This document shows, piece after piece, positions 22,801 through 33,065 of a stretch of 53,922 nucleotides of DNA. The DNA lies in the NCBI GenBank assembly GCA_002269645.1, contig NIVC01004233.1, positions 1 through 53,922 of the forward strand. The letters are read 5' to 3'. Under the pieces are notes generated by a model. That model saw only the letters and a program-made list of their open reading frames with translations, was not told where the DNA came from and made no database searches. The stretch's first letter is position 1. Every line of letters begins with the position of its first letter. The DNA is from Macrostomum lignano (taxonomy: Eukaryota). The position numbers and the translations under genes are program-made.

Positions 22801-25800
22801 CAATGTATTCCTCGAGTGCAGAAATCAATGTATTCCTCGAGTGCAGAAATCAATGTATTCCTCGAGTGCAGAAATCAATGTATTCCTCGAGTGCAGAAAT
22901 CAATGTATTCCTCGAGTGCAGAAATCAATGTATTCCTCGAGTGCAGAAATCAATGTATTCCTCGAGTGCAGAAATCAATGTATTCCTCGAGTGCAGAAAT
23001 CAATGTATTCCTCGAGTGCAGAAATCAATATCAACGATGCGCCCTAATAACAAAATCAACTTCTATACGAGGTCCCCCAGAAAGGGCGTCTTCTTCTAGA
23101 ACTAACGGAATCGGAGTCGTGTGCTCCTATCGGTTAATCTAGGATAATCCAAAATCGATCAAATCAATAATCCTCTAAGGGTATCGGAATCGGTCCAATC
23201 CAATTCAATCCTTAGGAATAGGGAGGCCTCAAACTCAATAGTCTCAATAAAATCAACTGATCAGTAACGTTCGGCAATAACATCGCTCTCAATAAATCCA
23301 AATAACAAAGGCTCGAACAAGGGCTTACCGAACGGTATTTATTTCCTCAGAGATGTAGCCTCGCTTAGCTGTTCCAGCAAGCTTCAAGATCTTTGGAGGC
23401 TGCTCCGAGTCTGAGATTTCAGCTCGGATTTTGCGTTTGTATTTATACACAATTTGTCGGCCTTGAGTCGACCTTGAGCTCAAAACCGGTTTTTTGATGA
23501 GTTCACGAAAGGAATTTTATTATTTAACAGGTGGGGGTTTTTGAATAGAAAAGGGTGAGACTTGGGTCACATTCAGGTTAACATTTACCAATTAGCTCGT
23601 ACCAAATTTGGAAGTTCTAAAAATAGATGTCGAGAACCGGTTTTTCGGACAATAGCATAGTCACTCGCTGTTTGCGTGATATTACTGGTATTACTAAAAA
23701 TAGATTATGACGCATAGCTATTTTTAAATTTGTGTTCATAATTTTATCTTAATACTTCTAGTAGGCTACCATGTTTGGAGATCTCTACAGCCCCTAGACT
23801 ATCCTAAGAATCACCCCTAGGCTATCCTAAGAATCACCCCTAGGCTATCCTAAGAATCGCCCCTAGGCTATCCTAAGAATCGCCCCTAGGCTATCCTAAG
23901 AATCGCCCCTAGGCTATCCTAAGAATCGCCCCTAGGCTATCCTAAGAATCGCACCTAGGCTATCCTAAGAATCGCTCCTAGGCTATCCTAAGAATCGCCC
24001 CTAGGCTATCCTAAGAATCGCACCTAGGCTATCCTAAGAATCGCTCCTAGGCTATCCTAAGAATCGCCCCTAGGCTATCCTAAGAATCGCCCCTAGGCTA
24101 TCCTAAGAATCGCACCTAGGCTATCCTAAGAATCGCTCCTAGGCTATCCTAAGAATCGCCCCTAGGCTATCCTAAGAATCGCACCTAGGCTATCCTAAGA
24201 ATCGCACCTAGGCTATCCTAAGAATCGCACCTAGGCTATCCTAAGAATCGCTCCTAGGCTATCCTAAGAATCGCCCCGCGACTATCTTGAGAATCGCCCT
24301 AGACGATTTTAAAACGAATATCAAACTACTGATTTTGACTCCTAAAGGACGAACTGGTGACCCCTGGCGGCAGTGTCTTCTCCAGTTTTGCCCAGCGCTT
24401 AAGTGGCCAAGTGCATCATTTTATTCACGTACTGCAGCATCTCATGTTGTGTTGGCGCGCTAGGCCCGCCAGTCAGGCTGACTCTCTTGGCGAATTCGGC
24501 TATCCCGACGAGGCGCCAGCCCCTCCAGCCTCCGCTGCCAGTAGCTCCGGCAGCGGCGCCGGCTCGCTGATCCGCGATGAATTTAATCTGCACAAATTGC
24601 TTGTCGTTGCCACCAAGGACGGCAAATTGGCTGCCCTGGATTCTGCCACGGGACGATCGGTGTGGCGACTGATGATTCCCATGCCAGCTGCCGCCGCTGT
24701 TGCTGAAGGAACTGCTGCAGACTCTGCCAGGACTGGTTGGTTCGCCTGATAATTAAGGATTAATTATTTATAGATATTCAACCTTCCAGACCCTGGATAA
24801 TCAACCACCATCTCACAAACCCTGGATGATCAACCATCTCCGAACCCTGGATAATCATCCACTCTCTCCAAACCCTGGATAATCATCCACCCTCCAGAAC
24901 TTGGATAATCATCCACTCTCTCCAAACCCTGGATAATCATCCACCCTCCAAACCCTGGATAATCATCCACCCTCCAAACCCTGGATAATCAAACGCCCTC
25001 CAGACCCTGGATAATCATTCACTCTCTCTAAACCCTAGATAATCAAATACCCTCCAGACCCTGGATAACCAACCACCCTCTAGACCCTGAATAAACAACC
25101 ACCCTCTAGACCCTGGATAACCAACCACTCTAGACCCTGGATAACTAAACACCCTCCAGACCCTGGATAACCAACCATCCTGGGACCCTGGATAACCAAA
25201 CACCCTCCAGACCCTGGACAACCAACCATCCTGGGACCCTGGATAACCAAATACCCTCCAGACCCTGGACAACCAACCATCCTGGGACCCTGGATAACCA
25301 AATACCCTCCAGACCCTGGATAACCAACCATCCTGGGACCCTGGATAACCAAATACCCTCCAGACCCTGGATAACCAACCATCCTGGGACCCTGGATAAC
25401 CAAATACCCTCTAGACCCTGGATAACCAAACACCCTCCAAACCCTGGATAACCAAACACCCTCCAAACCCTGGATAACCAAACACCCTCCAGACCCTGGA
25501 TAGTCAACGAACTATTAAAACCTCCGCAGAAGCCCGCATCGAGCCTTTGGCAGACGGCCAGATGCCGCTGTACATCCAGCGAACTACGGCGCATTTCCCG
25601 CTGGAACCGATGGCCACTGTACTGTGCAGAGACTCCAGCACAGGCCGGCCCGTGCTGTTCTCATTCAACCCGATAACTGGCATTGGGATCGGACTTGCTC
25701 AGCGCCTGCAATCGCGTCTGCTTCAGGCTCTGCTTGTGCCTCAGCCGAGTCACGACAATGGCCAGTACATTCGACCGCTGATGCTGCTGTCTGACACTCT

Positions 25801-28730
25801 TCAAGTGACCCTTTATCCGGCCAAGACTGCTCTGCCGCACGGATTCAAATCGCTTAATCTGTACACAATCGATAGGGATAACCGGCTGCTGCAGGTTAGT
25901 TTGAGTCAGGTGACTTGGTGTCATTGTTTGATTTGATTGATTGATTGAGTCGATTGATTGATTGATTGATCGACTAATTTTTGATTGATTGATTGATTGA
26001 TTTAGGTCTCCCAGTGTCATTGATTAATTGATTGATCGATCGATCGAGTCAGGTCTCTCAGTGTCATTGGTTGAATTGATTGATTAATTGATTGATTGAT
26101 TGATCGAGTCAGATCTCCCAGCGTCATTAATTGATTGATTGATTGATCGAGTCAGGTCTCCCAGCGTCATTGGTTGATTGATTGATTGATCGAGTCAGGT
26201 CTCTCAGCGTCATTGATTGATTGATTGATTGATTGATCGAGTCAGGTCTCTCAGTGTCATTGGTTGATTGATTGATTGATCGAGTCAGGTCTCTCAGCGT
26301 CATTGATTGATTGATTGATTGATTGATCGAGTCAGGTCTCTCAGTGTCATTGGTTGATTGATTGATTGATTGATCGAGTCAGGTCTCTCAGCGTCATTGA
26401 TTGATTGATTGATTGATTGATCGAGTCAGGTCTCTCAGTGTCATTGGTTGATTTGATTGATTGATTGATTGATCGAGTCAGGTCTCTCAGTGTCATTGGT
26501 TGATTTGATTGATTGATTGATTGATTGCTTGATCGAGTCAGGTCTCTCAGTGTCATTGGTTGATTGATTGATTGATTGAGTCAGATCTCCCACTGTCCTT
26601 GAAGTTTTAAGAGTATTTAAAGTCATTTTAGCTAGATCCTACAAACTGTGTTGATAAGTGCTACTGAAAGTAGGTCAGAGTTCACAAAATCTCTGATGAT
26701 TGAATCGCGCAGGGCTATCGCCTCCGCCTGACGGAGCAGCAGCAGCAGATGTCGGCGATATCAACTTGGCGGCTGGCTCTGCACGAGCCAATTCTGGTCA
26801 CGGCGGCCAGACGACCAACCGAGCAGGTGCACTCAGTCGGCCGCGTGCTTGGCAATCGTCACGTGTTGTACAAATATTTGAATCCGAATTTGCTGGCCGT
26901 TGCCACTCTGGCTAAGGATATGGTGACTCCGGCGCCACAGATCGGAGACGCTTACACTCAGGTAGTCTTTGTTGGGCTTCGGCGTTGCCGAGAGTATGTG
27001 TGGGAGACATGAGGGTCGTGGTAGATATGAAGATCATGTGACAGATAGAAGGTCATGTGGTAGATACGAGGGTCATGTGGTAGATAGGAGGGTCATGTGG
27101 TAGATAGGAGGGTTATGCGGTAGATAGGAGGGTCATGTGGTAGATATGAAGATCATGTGACAGATAGAAGGTCATGTAGTAGATAGGAGGGTCATGTGGT
27201 AGATAGGAGGGTCATGTGGTAGATAGAGTGTCATGTGGTAGATAGGAGGATCATGTGGTAGATAGGAGGGTCATTTGGTAGATAGGAGGGTCATGTGGTA
27301 GATAGGAGAGTCATGTGGTAGATAGGAGGGACATGTGGTAGATATGAGGGTCATGTGGTGGATAAGAGATTCATGTGGTAGATAGGAGGGTCATTTGGTA
27401 AATAGGAGGGTCATGTGGTAGATAGGAGGGTTATGTGGTACATAGGAGGGTCATTCAGTTTACAGGAGGGTCATTGAGTAGGCAATTTCATTCATTACGT
27501 GACAACCAACTCATCCCATTCGGGCAGATCACCATCTGGCTGATAGACACCGTTTCTGGCCGCGTTGTGGCCTCGGCGACTCACCATCACAGCTCAGGAC
27601 CTGTAAGCCTTGTACACAGCGAGCACTGGCTTGTGTACTCCTTATGGAATCAGAAGCAGCGCCGGTTTCAACTGTCCGTCTGGGAGCTGTTCGCTGGTAA
27701 CGGCTTGCGCGATTGTATGAACGCTACGCAGCCTATTGTTGGCAAGCAGTCCTACATCCTGCCGGCTCCTGTGCAGCATCTGGCTGTTAGCCAAACTGAG
27801 AGAGGCATCACGGCTAAATCTGTGCTATTGGCATTGCGTTCTGGTGGTATTATGGAGCTTAGTAAAGTAAGTGCAGGGAGGTGGCTGCAAGGAGTGAGGT
27901 GGGTGCAAGGAGTGAGGTGGGTGCTGGGAGTAAGGTGGGTGCTTGGAGTGAGGTGGGTGCTGGGAGTAAGGTGGGTGCTTGGAGTGAGGTGGGTGCAGGA
28001 AGTGAGGTGGGCGCAGGGAGGGAGGTGGGTGCAAGGAGGGAGGTGGGTGCAGGGAAGGAGGTGGGTGCAGGGAGGGAGGTGGGTGCAGGGAGGGAGGTGG
28101 GTGCAGGGAGGGAGGTGGGTGCAGGGAGGGAGGTGGGTGCAGGGAGGGAGGTGGGTGCAGGGAGGGAGGTGGGTGCAGGGAGGGAGGTGGGTGCAGGGAG
28201 GGAGGTGGGTGCAGGGAGGGAGGTGGGTGCAGGGAGGGAGGTGGGTGCAGGGAGGGAGGTGGGTGCAGGGAGGGAGGTGGGTGCAGGGAGGGAGGTGCAA
28301 GGAGTGAGGTGGCTAGAGGGAGAGAGGTAAGAAAGCTTCATCCTTAATTTCTTCTTCCCTTCATCTCGTCAAGGCATTCCTGGACCCTCGCCGTCCGTTC
28401 GACATGACGCCGGAGTTCCAGGAGGAGGGCCTAATGCCGTACCACCCGGAGGTGCCGATGTCCACCCAGGCCATAGTGAACTACAACCAGAGCCTGCACC
28501 GGGTTGAGGGCATGGTGACTGTGCCAACAGGCCTGGAGTCCACCAGCCTGCTGTTTGTGCACGGCACGGACCTGTTCTGCACTCGGGTGCAACCGTCGAA
28601 AATGTTCGACGTGTTGAAAGCAGATTTTGATTACGCTTTTATTGCCGCTGTCACTATTGGCATGATCATCGGGTCCTTTGTGACTCAGCGCCTGGCCGCC
28701 AGGAAGGCCCTGTTCCGGCTCTGGTCCTGA
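10718..28730 (+). CDS. EMC1: ER membrane protein complex subunit 1, 12 coding exons (10718-10827, 17561-17787, 18039-18141, 19224-19367, 19517-19672, 20809-20899, 20988-21491, 24348-24735, 25530-25894, 26713-26961, 27528-27866, 28374-28730), 1010 aa
   Basis: Joined exons total 3033 nt, are in frame, and every intron is GT-AG with matching phase. Recognisable EMC1 motifs in order: YEDEIGKHDW, RLFVATDHNVLAAI, WMREESLA, RDEFNLHKLLV, QRTTAHFP, VHSVGRVLGNRHVLYKYLNPNLLAV, GPVSLVHSEHWLVY, TERGITAK, LDPRRP, NYNQ, GLESTSL, PSKMFDVLKADFDY, then a C-terminal TM helix. Confidence 0.96.
11515..11972. mobile_element. MITE, probably hAT-like, 458 bp, in EMC1 intron 1
   Basis: TIR CCATAGTCCGGA / TCCGGACTATGG; 8-bp TSD TAGACATG / TAGGCATG (7 of 8 match); several GGCGTA subterminal motifs. 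Confidence 0.75.
12660..13520 (-). pseudogene. Degenerate mariner (Tc1/mariner) transposase
   Basis: Across frames: LGDEAPSLTMVHKWF (HTH), MRKVSMHWVPYHL (WVPHEL-like), WVYFYNPETKEQSQQW, GILLHHNA (HDNA-like), PHPVYSLDLVPFDFFLF (YSPDL-like); several stops and frameshifts. Confidence 0.88.
14076..14262. repeat. Local direct duplication of about 80 bp (period 107)
   Basis: TTTTCAAGCTC.ATGACTTTTAGTATAAGGTGCCTATTTAATTAGGCTTTAACTCAGAGT occurs twice. Confidence 0.85.
14770..15241 (-). pseudogene. Degenerate hAT/ZBED-like transposase fragment
   Basis: GSIGSMHCHLEPFHP (end of a BED finger), IIEFIALD..PFSMVESDSF, FYEKVK...LAVTCYLWN (resembles the SxTTDxW first catalytic motif); stops present. Confidence 0.62.
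17561..17787 (+). CDS. EMC1: EMC1 exon 2
   Basis: TRQFVGRVQHLEFDL...RLFVATDHNVLAAIGLKSSRIIWRH; acceptor ggcag|, donor |gtacag. Confidence 0.9.
17828..17935. repeat. 33-bp tandem repeat, about 3 copies, EMC1 intron 2
   Basis: Unit GAGACACTTCAAAGGACAATGGGATAGCTGGTA. Confidence 0.9.
18039..18141 (+). CDS. EMC1: EMC1 exon 3
   Basis: LFSMSNGLLRSWSTSRGILNYEI; acceptor ctgcag|, donor |gtgagt; phases 1 and 2 fit the neighbouring exons. Confidence 0.88.
18290..19045. repeat. 21-bp minisatellite, about 36 copies, EMC1 intron 3
   Basis: Unit GATCCGATAATCCCTCAGCAA. Confidence 0.95.
19224..19367 (+). CDS. EMC1: EMC1 exon 4
   Basis: GSLACHEDPDDDRSLVFASTARRLVAVAPLTGALEWAANL; acceptor aaccag| (a second in-frame CAG lies 6 nt downstream), donor |gtgagt. 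Confidence 0.8.
19517..19672 (+). CDS. EMC1: EMC1 exon 5
   Basis: SEVTSFPNPDGLTVVTFDPTAGKMRLHRFGTESGVAKRTATVKAEWLTSLQR; atccag| and |gtaaat. Confidence 0.85.
19740..20806. repeat. 26-bp minisatellite, about 41 copies, EMC1 intron 5
   Basis: Unit ACTGACAATCAAATATCCCCATTTTC, ending at the acceptor AG. Confidence 0.96.
20809..20899 (+). CDS. EMC1: EMC1 exon 6
   Basis: CAISVSTLACLDPAGSIRLLSL; acceptor ttttcaag| directly after the 26-bp array, donor |gtaaaa. Confidence 0.85.
20988..21491 (+). CDS. EMC1: EMC1 exon 7
   Basis: ...SYGYRVVMTTRD...WMREESLAGIVSVEAVDLP; ccgcag| and |gtgggc. Confidence 0.92.
21500..22438. repeat. 23-bp minisatellite, left array (about 40 copies), EMC1 intron 7
   Basis: Unit GAGAATCGCCCCTAGACTATGCT. 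Confidence 0.96.
22439..23789 (-). mobile_element. Solo LTR, 1351 bp, inserted in the intron-7 minisatellite
   Basis: TG...CA termini with imperfect IR TGAAGAG / CTCTACA; 4-bp TSD GCCC (22435-38, 23790-93); removing it restores a perfect repeat unit GAGAATC-GCCC-CTAGACTAT. Minus-strand TATAAAT near 23445 and AATAAA near 23340 suggest the orientation. Confidence 0.8.
22660..23030. repeat. 25-bp tandem repeat, about 15 copies, inside the solo LTR
   Basis: Unit CCTCGAGTGCAGAAATCAATGTATT. Confidence 0.95.
23790..24303. repeat. 23-bp minisatellite, right array (about 22 copies), EMC1 intron 7
   Basis: Unit AAGAATCGCCCCTAGGCTATCCT. Confidence 0.95.
24348..24735 (+). CDS. EMC1: EMC1 exon 8
   Basis: FAQRLSGQV...LIRDEFNLHKLLVVATKDGKLAALDSATGRSVW; taaag| and |gttggt (phase 1 fits the next exon). 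Confidence 0.88.
24785..25502. repeat. About 25-26-bp minisatellite, EMC1 intron 8
   Basis: Unit approximately ACCCTGGATAACCAAACACCCTCCAG, with alternating variants. Confidence 0.92.
25530..25894 (+). CDS. EMC1: EMC1 exon 9
   Basis: LYIQRTTAHFPLEP...FSFNPITG; ccgcag| and |gttagt. Confidence 0.92.
25905..26590. repeat. Compound repeat: about 28-bp core plus variable (GATT)n, EMC1 intron 9
   Basis: GATCGAGTCAGGTCTCTCAG(T/C)GTCATTG followed by (ATTG)n. Confidence 0.92.
26713..26961 (+). CDS. EMC1: EMC1 exon 10
   Basis: GYRLRL...VHSVGRVLGNRHVLYKYLNPNLLAVAT; gcgcag| and |gtagtc. Confidence 0.93.
27010..27450. repeat. 20-bp minisatellite, EMC1 intron 10
   Basis: Unit GGTAGATAGGAGGGTCATGT. Confidence 0.93.
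27528..27866 (+). CDS. EMC1: EMC1 exon 11
   Basis: ITIWLIDTVSGRVV...GPVSLVHSEHWLVY...QSYILP...TERGITAKSVL; gggcag| and |gtaagt. Confidence 0.93.
27870..28312. repeat. 18-bp G-rich minisatellite, EMC1 intron 11
   Basis: Unit GGGTGCAGGGAGGGAGGT. Confidence 0.95.
28374..28730 (+). CDS. EMC1: EMC1 exon 12 (terminal, TM helix)
   Basis: AFLDPRRP...NYNQSL...GLESTSL...PSKMFDVLKADFDYAFIAAVTIGMIIGSFVTQRLAARKALFRLWS-stop. Confidence 0.95.
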   Translation, partial: AFLDPRRPFDMTPEFQEEGLMPYHPEVPMSTQAIVNYNQSLHRVEGMVTVPTGLESTSLLFVHGTDLFCTRVQPSKMFDVLKADFDYAFIAAVTIGMIIGSFVTQRLAARKALFRLWS

Positions 28731-28904
28731 TCTGACAGCTGCGGCTTGGGGATGCCAGGTTGACCTTGATTGACCTCAACCCTGATCTATTGTTGGAATT
28801 TGACGAAAGATATTCACTTTCTTTTTTACTGTAAGGCACTGTCTGACAGTAAGATTTACAGACAATCGACTGGCTGATAGTAGGGCATGCATGCATAGAT
28901 GACA

Positions 28905-29375
28905 GTTATATACGGTCTGACAGTAAGGTACAGATACTCTGACAGTAAGATACTGACAGCCTGACAGTAAAGATATACAGACAGTCCGACAGTAAGATAT
29001 ACAGACAGTCCGACAGTAAGATATACAGACAGTCTGACAGTAAGATATACAGACAGTCCGACAGTAAGATATACAGACAGTCTGACAGTAAGATATACAG
29101 ACAGTCCGACAGTAAGATATACAGACAGTCTGACAGTAAGATATACGACAGTCCGACAGTAAGATATACAGACAGTCTGACAGTAAGATATACAGACAGT
29201 CTGACAGTAAGATATACAGACAGTCCGACAGTAAGATATACAGACAGTCTGACAGTAAAGATATACAGACAGTCTGACAGTAAGATATACAGACAGTCTG
29301 ACAGTAAGATATACAGACAGTCTGACAGTAAGATATACAGACAGTCTGACAGTAAGATATACAGACAGTCTGACA
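28905..29375. repeat. 24-bp minisatellite downstream of the EMC1 stop
   Basis: Unit CTGACAGTAAGATATACAGACAGT. Confidence 0.93.
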
Positions 29376-30439
29376 GTTAGATATGACTGTACAGACAGTA
29401 CAAACAGGCACAGGTGGACAGACAGACAGCCGCATATTTAATATTGTTACATGCTGCTTGCTTGAATATGAATTCAATTACTAGATCTTCAAGTCATTGC
29501 TCGTTCATTGAAGTAGTCAGTTTTGAATTATTAAAATTTGCATTGAGTCTTTGCCAAAATTAATAACAAAATTCTGAAATTTTGTGTCTAGCACATTCAT
29601 TCTTTTGTGCGCAGCATATGCTACTGACTTCTGAATTAGTCAGTACGATTAGTTGTTATTGTAATACTTTTTTATTTCATCATTATATTGTTATTATTGT
29701 TGTTATTCCGTGTTGTGCTCCTGACGTTTTGTTTTGATTATTTGGGGTCGCTGCTAACGGTGATGCTTGAGCATAGCGCTCACATGTACTCTACACCTTT
29801 GTTCGATGTTCTAATTCAAATTTAGTTGAAGTATTGCTCTGAATTGAGATTCTTTTTGGCCAAAGCTGTGTTTTTGGAGGGTGGGGTAGCTCAGTTATAA
29901 GTGCTCATTCCTTTGAGTCTTCTCAAGTGCCGCTCCTTTCTCATTCTCCATTCCCCTGTCTGTTTCCTTCTACCTCCCTCTCCCTCTCTTCCCTCTATCC
30001 CTACCTCCCTCTCCCTCTCTATCCTTCTTTCTTCTTTCTCTCTCCCGCCTACTCTTCTCTATTTCTCTCTCACCAAATCTTAGTTTTAGGTTTGCTTGGT
30101 CGCCCTCTAATAGTTGCAATGTTGACTTGTGGGTTAGGTGTATTCGTCTTTACCAATTGTTCGTCTTCTATAAAAAATAACTAATAAAAGTGTGTTTTGA
30201 AAGGCAAATATACGTGTCCAAACAGAAACGGTTTTGAAATTTTGCTCTCGTTTGCAGCTTCTTATGCAGAACTGAATGTTAATTATATGTAAGCCCTAAA
30301 GTGCGTTTTTATTTCAACTTATTTTTTACCTATTTTTTACCTTCTCTAGCTGATGGACACTAGAAACACAAGCACAGACAGACACTTCGGACTGGCCAGA
30401 CATCACACAGACAGAAAGACAGCAAAGCTACAGACAGAC

Positions 30440-30875
30440 AGACAGCTACAGGCACTAGGACAGACAGCTACAGACGCTGGCACAGGCAGGTACAGACACT
30501 GGCACAGGCAGCTGCAGACACTAGCACAGGCAGATACAGACACTGGCACAGGCAGATACAGACACTAGCACAGGCAGATACAGACACTAGCACAGGCAGA
30601 TACAGACACTAGCACAGGCAGCTACAGACACTGGTACAGACAGCTGCAGACACTGGTACAGACAGCTACAGACACTGTTACAGACAGCTGCAGACACTAG
30701 CACAGGCAGCTACAGACACTGTTACAGACAGCTGCAGACACTAGCACAGGCAGCTACAGACACTGTTACAGACAGCTGCAGACACTGTTACAGACAGCTG
30801 CAGACACTGGTACAGACAGCTACAGACACTGGTACAGACAGCTGCAGACACTAGCACAGGCAGCTACAGACACTA
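30440..30875. repeat. 22-bp minisatellite
   Basis: Unit GACACTAGCACAGGCAG(A/C)TACA with variants. Confidence 0.9.
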
Positions 30876-31427
30876 GCAGAGGCAGAATTGAGTAGGCGGG
30901 CTAGCCGCAACCAGTTTATTCCTGTACTTGCCCGCGCTCTTCAGGCCATGCATGAAATTCTCCGTGTAGTGGGTGGGCATGTTGTTTTTACTACCAACCT
31001 ATAATCTCCTTTCCTCTCTCTCTCTCTCTCTACCTCAAACTGCATGCGGATTTTTAGAATTTGCAAAGCTTATAAAATCAATACTTTGGTGTTGAAATGC
31101 CTAGAGACGACTGTGATTCTCTTGAGGTGTGTGCACTCTCTCTCTCTCTCAGTTCTTACCACTGTACAGGAATAGATTTAAGGTATACCCTTAGTTGTTT
31201 TGTTTAAATCAATGCACACCTCAAGCTGCTTTTGTATTGATTGTACCAGTTATTGTTACACTTTGTAATTTTACTATAGAAAACCATGCTGGATTTAGAT
31301 TGATTGTTGCTTTGAAAAGAATGATATTGCTGTATTAGGCGTTGCGCGTTGGTAAGTTTCAGTTTTGTTTCATAGAAAATATTCGTATATTTATATCATA
31401 TCATCATGCATTAAATTCATCTAACCA

Positions 31428-32241
31428 GGAAATGGCACTCCTCAGATATAGGAAATGGCACTCCTCAGATATAGGAAATAGCACTCCTCAGATATAGGAA
31501 ATGGCACTCTTCAGATATAGGAAATGGCACTCCTCAGATATAGGAAATGGCACTCCTCAGATATAGGAAATTGCACTCCTCACATAGGAAATGGCACTCC
31601 TCACGTATAGGAAATGGCACTCTTCAGATATAGGAAATGGCACTCCTCAGATATAGGAAATGGCACTCTTCAGATATAGGAAATGGCACTCTTTAGATAT
31701 AGGAAATGGGACTCTTCGGATATAGGAAATGGCACTCCTCACGTATAGGAAATGGCGCTCCTCACGTATAGGAAATGGCACTCCTCACGTATAGGAAATG
31801 GCACTCCTCAGATATAGGAAATGGCACTCCTCACGTATAGGAAATGGCACTCCTCAGATATAGGAAATGGCACTCCTCACGTATAGGAAATGGCACTCCT
31901 CACGTATAGGAAATGGCACTCTTCAGATATAGGAAATGGCACTCTTCAGATATAGGAAATGGCACTCCTCAGATATAGGAAATGGCACTCTTCAGATATA
32001 GGAAATGGCACTCCTCAGATATAGGAAATGGCACTCCTCAGATATAGGAAATGGCACTCCTCAGATATAGGAAATAGCACTCCTCACGTATAGGAAATGG
32101 CACTCCTCAGATATAGCAAATGGCACTCCTCAGATATAGGAAATAGCACTCCTCAGATATAGGAAATAGCACTCCTCAGATATAGGAAATGGCACTCCTC
32201 AGATATAGGAAATGGCACTCCTCACGTATAGGAAATGGCAC
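31428..32241. repeat. 23-bp minisatellite, about 35 copies
   Basis: Unit GGAAATGGCACTCCTCAGATATA. Confidence 0.95.
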
Positions 32242-32594
32242 ATAGAGAGGACCATGCGCGGCATCGAACAACTTAACTGCAGTACCGCTAATTATTATTC
32301 TCAAATGCTGTATCTGTTTCTGCATTACACACAGCTCCTATACATGTACGGGTCCTGGCTGCTATTAATCAATTAATTATGCATTCATTATCCGAGCGTA
32401 CCCTCTGCACTCCAAACAAATTCCAGCTATGCAGTACTAAGCTGCACCCGACAATCGGATTATTTATTGACTTACTATGCAGCTAATTCTGCTGTATAGT
32501 GAATTATTTTAACTGAGCACTTTCCGCAGTCTGGAGGTCAATATTCTCATCCTTAATCCTGGAGGATCTAAGATTGCGGTAGGGGATAACGCCA

Positions 32595-33065
32595 CCCCAC
32601 AGATCCTTCAGGGATGGCGCCATGTTCTGTCCCCACCCCACAGATCCTTCAGGGATGGCGCCGTGCTCTGTCCCCACCCCACAGATCCTTCAGGAATGGC
32701 ACCGTGCTCTGTCCCCACCCCACAGATGCTTCAGGAATGGCGCCGTGCTCTGTCCCCACCCCACAGATGCTTCAGGAATGGCGCCATGCTCTGTCCCCAC
32801 CCCACAGATGCTTCAGGAATGGCGCCATGCTCTTTCTCCACCCCACAGATGCTTCAGGAATGGCGCCGTGCTCTGTCCCCACCCCACAGATGCTTCAGGA
32901 ATGGCGCCGTGCTCTGTCCCCACCCCACAGATGCTTCAGGAATGGCGCCGTGCTCTGTCCCCACCCCACAGATGCTTCAGGAATGGCGCCGTGCTCTGTC
33001 CCCACCCCACAGATCCTTCAGGAATGGCGCCATGCTCTGTCCCCACCCCACAGATCCTTCAGGGA
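32595..33065. repeat. 41-bp minisatellite, about 11 copies
   Basis: Unit CCCCACCCCACAGATGCTTCAGGAATGGCGCCGTGCTCTGT. Confidence 0.94.

Noticed and set aside
22528-23142. ORFs with 25-aa periodicity as a possible repeat protein or CRISPR-like array
   Set aside because: Contiguous 25-bp units with no unique spacers, inside an LTR in a eukaryotic intron; not CRISPR.
29881-29910. tRNA/SINE-like A-box GGGGTAGCTCAGTT
   Set aside because: No B-box (GTTCRA) or cloverleaf follows.
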